Part shown: one piece after another, positions 58,760 to 64,000 of the stretch
Numbering within the stretch: the first letter of the stretch is position 1
Layout of the letters: the number at the start of each line of letters is the position of its first letter
Source: Enoplolaimus lenunculus
Taxonomy: Eukaryota
Length of the DNA: 64,000 nt
NCBI GenBank assembly: GCA_030248215.1
Contig: JASANG010003984.1
Location: 434,001-498,000 of the forward strand
Direction of reading: 5' to 3'
Position numbers and translations under genes: made by a program
The notes under the pieces: generated by a model
Told to the model about the DNA's origin: nothing
The model's input: the letters and a program-made list of their open reading frames with translations, nothing else
Database searches by the model: none

Positions 58760-58944
58760 GGCCCATATAAAGTTCACGGGCGGAACGTTTTTCTGTGGGA
58801 CTAGAACAGACTAAGCTTAAGGGTTAGACTATTTGTTTTCGCCTGGATTAGACTTAGGCTTAAGCTTAAGAATATGCTGATTCTTAAGCTTAGGCTTAGG
58901 AATATGCTCATAATACTGTTCCGCCGCTGTTCTTAATATTGGCC
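58760..58944 (+). mobile_element. TTAGGC-bearing MITE, subfamily A
   Basis: ggcccatataaagttcacgggcggaacgtttttctgtggga...ctgttcttaatattggcc. Confidence 0.8.
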
Positions 58945-59983
58945 AGTCATTCAAACTCGACAAATAACTTATCAACAATGCTTGCAAATTGCATTGTCGG
59001 CTATTAAGAAACTTGAACTAAAGCAACAAACCAAATTGGCAAAATAACATCCATCGCCTGCACTTCATTTATAAAACCGAAATTCGATTTTTGCAGTACA
59101 CTTTTAAGTACCCTAATGCCAAGGTTAACGTAAACGATTTGGTCAAACGAAACAATGTCAACCGGAATTAAATTTTGCAATCACATCAAACCTACCAGGA
59201 TTCAAAGTTCCGGAACCTCCGGCTTAAATTCTACCCCAGAACCGCAGGTCGAGTTTCGGCCGGAGCCGGACCTCCTGGTGTAACCTGCCGGCTCGCGGTG
59301 CTTTATAGGAGCGTGCCGCTTTACCGTGAAACAATAATAGAGTACGCTGAGGCTTTAGACACGCGTTACATTCAGGCTTAGAAATACGTTTACTCAAATG
59401 TTACACTTCTAAAAGTAATATTAGCTAAAAGTAATATTAGTTTTACAGGTGACCCAAAACATATATCAACTGGTTTTCCTATACAATATTAAAAAAATCA
59501 ATACCTAAAAATAAAAAAATACCAAAACATCATATAACCAATACAAGTAATAACAAAACACAATAAATGCTTGCACTATATATATAGACAATAGTACGCG
59601 ACACCACCGTCCGTCACATCCGTGATGTTTAGTCCTGTGTACCTACTCTGGATCGAGTACATCTTTCTAATCTTACCGTTTGGTGGAAAAGAAATAACTG
59701 AAAAACGCAACGAGCGCTCGGTACATTTAGCAAAAACCAATCAAAGATACATTAATCTTTTTCAAATCTTCTTGATTTTAACCAAATTATACTTAATAAT
59801 TAAAAATGTATTACTGTGATTTTGCTAGCGAGGCGTGTGGCTCAAACCTTCCATATTCCAGTTCCAGTGGACATCCCTGCGAACACACAAAAACCTTTAC
59901 TATTTCCAGATTTTTGAAGTATAATTGACACCAGTTTTGATCTCACGCTACTTTAACATGACATCGAGTCAGTTTCATGTTTT

Positions 59984-60130
59984 GGCCCATGCAACGATCA
60001 GGGATGGAACGTTTTTCTACGAGACTGCGATGGAGTAACCTTAAGCTTTAGATATATTTTTGTACTTAGGCTTAGACTTAGAAATAATATGCTTATACTA
60101 TTATTTCGGCGGCATTCCATTACATTGGCC
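59984..60130 (+). mobile_element. TTAGGC-bearing MITE, subfamily A, ~57 bp downstream of the P5CS stop codon (likely 3' UTR)
   Basis: ggcccatg...cattggcc with a perfect 8-bp TSD catgtttt (59976-59983, 60131-60138). Confidence 0.85.
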
Positions 60131-60187
60131 CATGTTTTGACACAACCAACCGCTCTTACCAGCCGAATGAGTACATAACAAGCATGT

Positions 60188-62460
60188 TTACATTGACTTC
60201 ATCAATGACTCGTGTACATATTTGTACGGTCCATTCGGTCCAAAGTCTTGAACACAATGACCATCACCACGAAGGATCCATTTGGTTGTCAGCAAGCCTT
60301 CAATGCCGACAGGACCACGCGCATGAATGCGTCCTGTACTGATACCAACTTCAGCACCTGAAACCATTAATGTGGACACACCATAAAATTTGACCAGTAA
60401 ATAAAATCATCAAATTTGGCGTTTTTTTTTGTACTCTTTAGGCTTAGGCAATGATTCAAGCAACCGTTCAGCATCGAAGCCTCTTCGTAAAGCCAAGCCT
60501 AAGAGAAATTGTGTGGAAACAGCCGTACTTTGAACCAAACTGCATTCGAAGGAAAACAAACTGGTCGGCAACATGAGACGCTAGTGTTTCCGTATGAGTC
60601 AACGTCTGATTTATGTACAATAATGACTGGCTTGCAAGAGACGTATGACTTAAATCAACCTTTGATTAAAGCCGATTTCGGACTGAACTCAGGCACCGGA
60701 ACTATGATTACACACTGACTTAAATCAACCTTTGATTAAAGCCGATTTCGGACTGAACTCAGGCACCGGAACTATGATTACACACTGACTTAAATCAACC
60801 TTTGATTAAAGCCGATTTCGGACTGAACTCAGGCACCGGAACTATGATTACACACTGACTTAAATCAACCTTTGATTAAAGCCGATTTCGGACTGAACTC
60901 AGGCACCGGAACTATGATTACACACTGACTTAAATCAACCTTTGATTAAAGCCGATTTCGGACTGAACTCAGGCACCGGAACTATGATTACACACTGACT
61001 TAAATCAACCTTTGATTAAAGCCGATTTCGGACTGAACTCAGGCACCGGAACTATGATTACACACTGACTTAAATCAACCTTTGATTAAAGCCGATTTCG
61101 GACTGAACTCAGGCACCGGAACTATGATTACACACTGACTTAAATCAACCTTTGATTAAAGCCGATTTCGGACTGAACTCAGGCACCGGAACTATGATTA
61201 CACACTGAATATTTTGACACATCTGTCATTGTCGCCCCCCGCAAACGGGGTGGGTCAACTATTTAAGAGCTTACATTTAAAACAAAAAATACATTACAAT
61301 TAATCAAATTAACAACCTCGATATCGGTTTCAATCGTTTTTAATTATCTGGCCGTACCCAAAACGTTTATAATTCATCCTTAACCTGACTCACAGCTGCA
61401 GCAGTTTCAGAGTAACATCTCAACCTGAATTAAAAAATCAGCCTTAAGTCATGTTTCTACAATCCAATTAAACTGCAGTACCTAAACGTTTGTTCTTAAA
61501 GTACACGATACCACCCCCCGTCCGACCAGCGCTCGATGATCAAAACGGAACCGACCCCTCTTGCAAAACAAACCACAACAACCGTAGGTCATAAATTTTG
61601 AACATTTCAATCAAAGCTGCTGTTCACAATAGTTAGCGACAACATGATAATAAGCTCTTTCGACGCTAAATTTAGCTGAATTTCAACAATTTTATGACTG
61701 CGTTGCGTCGCATATTTTAAGCGTAAGCTACATTATTTATTCACACCGCTAAAAATTAAAATCTTATAATTAATATTATTAGTGTAATACGGCCATTTCA
61801 AACATTTCAAACCAACAATATTGTTGTTTTACAACGCTAACAACACACAATGTCGTGCGAAATGAACCCAATTATCACAACGATTGTGGAGTATGCTTCA
61901 CGCCCGTAACCAGGTCCACGTCACCTTGATGGGGGTGGGTGGGTAAACAGTTTCCAACAGAAACATACAAGGGTATTCGATGACTTAGCAATGTTGAAAA
62001 TTTTATAGTGGGGGCACATTTCTTTTAAGTAGTTGATCCCCACCCACCTCTGGCTACGGGCCCAGGTATGCGTACGTAAGCTTAACTATTTCACCATAAT
62101 AGGGAGGGGCTAAACATTTTCAAACAAAACCATACAAGGGTTTTCGATGACTTAGCAAATTTACAAATTTTATGACGGGGACACGTTTCTTTCAACTGAT
62201 TGAGCCCCCGGCAACGGGTCCGACTGCGCCTACGGAAGGCTAATTATTCAGCAGCTACATATCGATCAGGGTTAATTAATGCTAATTTTTAAATGCTGGG
62301 AAGTATATACAAAAGCTCAAATAAGGTACAATTTAACAACTTGCCTACGATATTTAATACTTACCAAGTCCAAAGCGATAGCCATCGGCAAATCGTGTAC
62401 TCGCGTTATGAAACACACACGCACTGTCAACACTACGAAGAAATTGTTCAGCAGTTTCAG
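60188..62460 (-). CDS. alh-13: Delta-1-pyrroline-5-carboxylate synthase (P5CS/ALDH18A1), last two exons of the gamma-glutamyl phosphate reductase domain; 5'-partial
   Basis: Exon 62460-62365 ([31 protein letters not shown]) joins in phase 1 to exon 60357-60188 ([34 protein letters not shown]...*), the ProA/P5CS signature. No upstream exons were recognised in the window. Confidence 0.93.
60646..61208. repeat. Perfect tandem minisatellite, 8 x 70 bp, in the last P5CS intron
   Basis: Unit tgacttaaatcaacctttgattaaagccgatttcggactgaactcaggcaccggaactatgattacacac is repeated without a visible mismatch. Confidence 0.97.
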
Positions 62461-62787
62461 CTAAAATTTAAACATAACATATAGAAAAAATGTTGCACCC
62501 CTCTGCTAGAGAATTTTAAACTCTTGCTTGTAACTCATTGAAAACCCTAGAATGCCCCGTCTGGAAGTAAACACCCAGTGCCGGCGTGAAGCGGTCACCC
62601 CAAACTCCACAATTGGGCGCCTCTCCCGTTGGGCAAACTAAAAATCTATTCGCACGCCACGAAGTTTTAGTACAGTGAAACATTTTATTGGGGGCCATAT
62701 CGGACCTGTTCAGGGAGAACTATCCTAACGCCGGTCCTCGGAACATCCGTTAAGAGTGACCAGTAGACGACAAGACACAAGGTGTCG

Positions 62788-63000
62788 TATACTCAAATGT
62801 GTGTAGCACCTATCACCAGATGGTGTCACGTACTGTATAACTTTCGAACCATTCAATGACGACATTGAAAATCAGCGCTTATACCGGTTTCATTTGCTCT
62901 ACTTCTGTTCAAATATTAAGATCCGCAACTGCTGTATTTCGTAATCTTTTTATACCCTATCACTAACTGGTGGTAGGTGCTACACACATTTGAGAATATA
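62788..63000. mobile_element. MITE with ~33-bp TIR (related copies ~11425, ~14530-14735, ~5955, ~2360)
   Basis: tatactcaaatgtgtgtagcacctatcaccag / ctggtggtaggtgctacacacatttgagaata. Confidence 0.7.
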
Positions 63001-64000
63001 AACCTAGACCTTAAATCTTAATCTAAACTTTTTATTGCATATAGCACTTCACTATATCAAACAGTTCTTCGAACTTTCAAGCCAGAAAATACACATTTAC
63101 AAAATTAGAAACCAGCAGTGTAACTTCAACATACCCATCAGGTTGCTGACCATGAAAATTTTTAAACGAAGGGATGGACGACTAAGAAAAAAAAGTTTCT
63201 ATACAACTGCCCAACCTGTGGCAAATCGAAAAATTTCCTGACCCGGAGTCATGGCCAAAGTTACTTTGAGCGGTGTAACTGTAATATAAACATACTTCCA
63301 AGCCTAAGCCTAAGCAAAAATAGTTTAAAACTTGAGCTTACTATGGCTCGGCTAATAAATGGTTCGCCACTAAACGTGCCATGACCCGGGATCACAATAT
63401 AATAGTAATCGTGATGAAAAATCTCACAGGAAGCGATCGTTATAAAAAACCTAGGCCTAGGTGGGCCCCCTTTGAATCCACCAGTACTTTTTTATCATAC
63501 CCTGTGAATATTATGATGAAATTACGAAAAACTCATTCTAAAAGAATATGTTTTCGGTTAGAAATTTTTCTGTTGCGGTTATATAGGAGTTTCCTAAAAT
63601 TTACCGCCTGTGTGGTCATATAAGAGTTTCGCATGAATGAACACTTAATTGGGCTGGCGATATTAAAGTTGCGATTGCGTAAGAGTACACGAAACCAACA
63701 TGACATGGGTATATATACTAAAACACAAACTCCCTTCCAACGTTCAAACACGTGTCTATATTAAAACGAGCTTATAAGTCTGAAGCAGGGCGCAACCGTA
63801 ATTACAACTTATCGCAGCTGGAATTTGAAAAAAATACCCACACCGGGCTATATTTTTTACTAAATTACTATTAAAAACCTTAGTTGAACATAAGTATTGA
63901 ATTAATCTGCTGTATTTTAGATCTTACTTATCCACGGATGCAGAAATCAACCTGCGACCGTATATTTTAGATGATAATCAAGGTTTATGTACTATATTAC

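Noticed and set aside
60646..61208. CRISPR-like array
   Set aside because: Units are contiguous and identical with no unique spacers, no cas genes are present, and the context is a eukaryotic intron.
27104..62460. ChaC plus P5CS as a glutamate/proline metabolic cluster or horizontally acquired bacterial genes
   Set aside because: They are 30 kb apart with calsyntenin between them, both have ordinary spliceosomal introns, and both families are standard in animals.
62560..62780. GC-richer stretch as a possible ribozyme or ncRNA
   Set aside because: No hammerhead core or other recognisable RNA-family motif was visible by eye.

Overview
AT-rich, intron-rich eukaryotic genomic DNA, most likely from a nematode: there are abundant TTAGGC telomere-type repeats and a calsyntenin closely resembling C. 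elegans CASY-1, although splice acceptors are less strict than Caenorhabditis TTTTCAG. I assembled five spliced protein-coding genes by hand using GT-AG sites with consistent phases. (1) The 3' part (8 exons, ~506 aa, +) of a RING-H2 E3-ligase gene of TTC3/DZIP3/RNF214 type, whose first visible exon encodes the motif that ends the eIF4G MIF4G domain. (2) A heparan sulfate 3-O-sulfotransferase (hst-3.2-like, -) with a 118-aa loop between its two C-terminal cysteines. (3) A 6-exon ChaC glutathione-specific gamma-glutamylcyclotransferase (-), absent from the ORF track. (4) A 19-exon calsyntenin (+, ~1146 aa) whose predicted cytoplasmic tail has no tryptophan, so no W-acidic kinesin-binding motifs. 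(5) The last two exons of P5CS/alh-13 (-). Introns and intergenic DNA are dense with short non-autonomous DNA transposons. These include about 19 copies of a GG..CC-ended, 8-bp-TSD element carrying TTAGGC arrays, plus hAT-, PIF/Harbinger-, CACTA-, piggyBac- and Helitron-like elements, often nested. There is also a ~220-bp foldback and a perfect 8 x 70-bp tandem array. All gene models and family assignments come from manual reading and motif recall; no database search was run.
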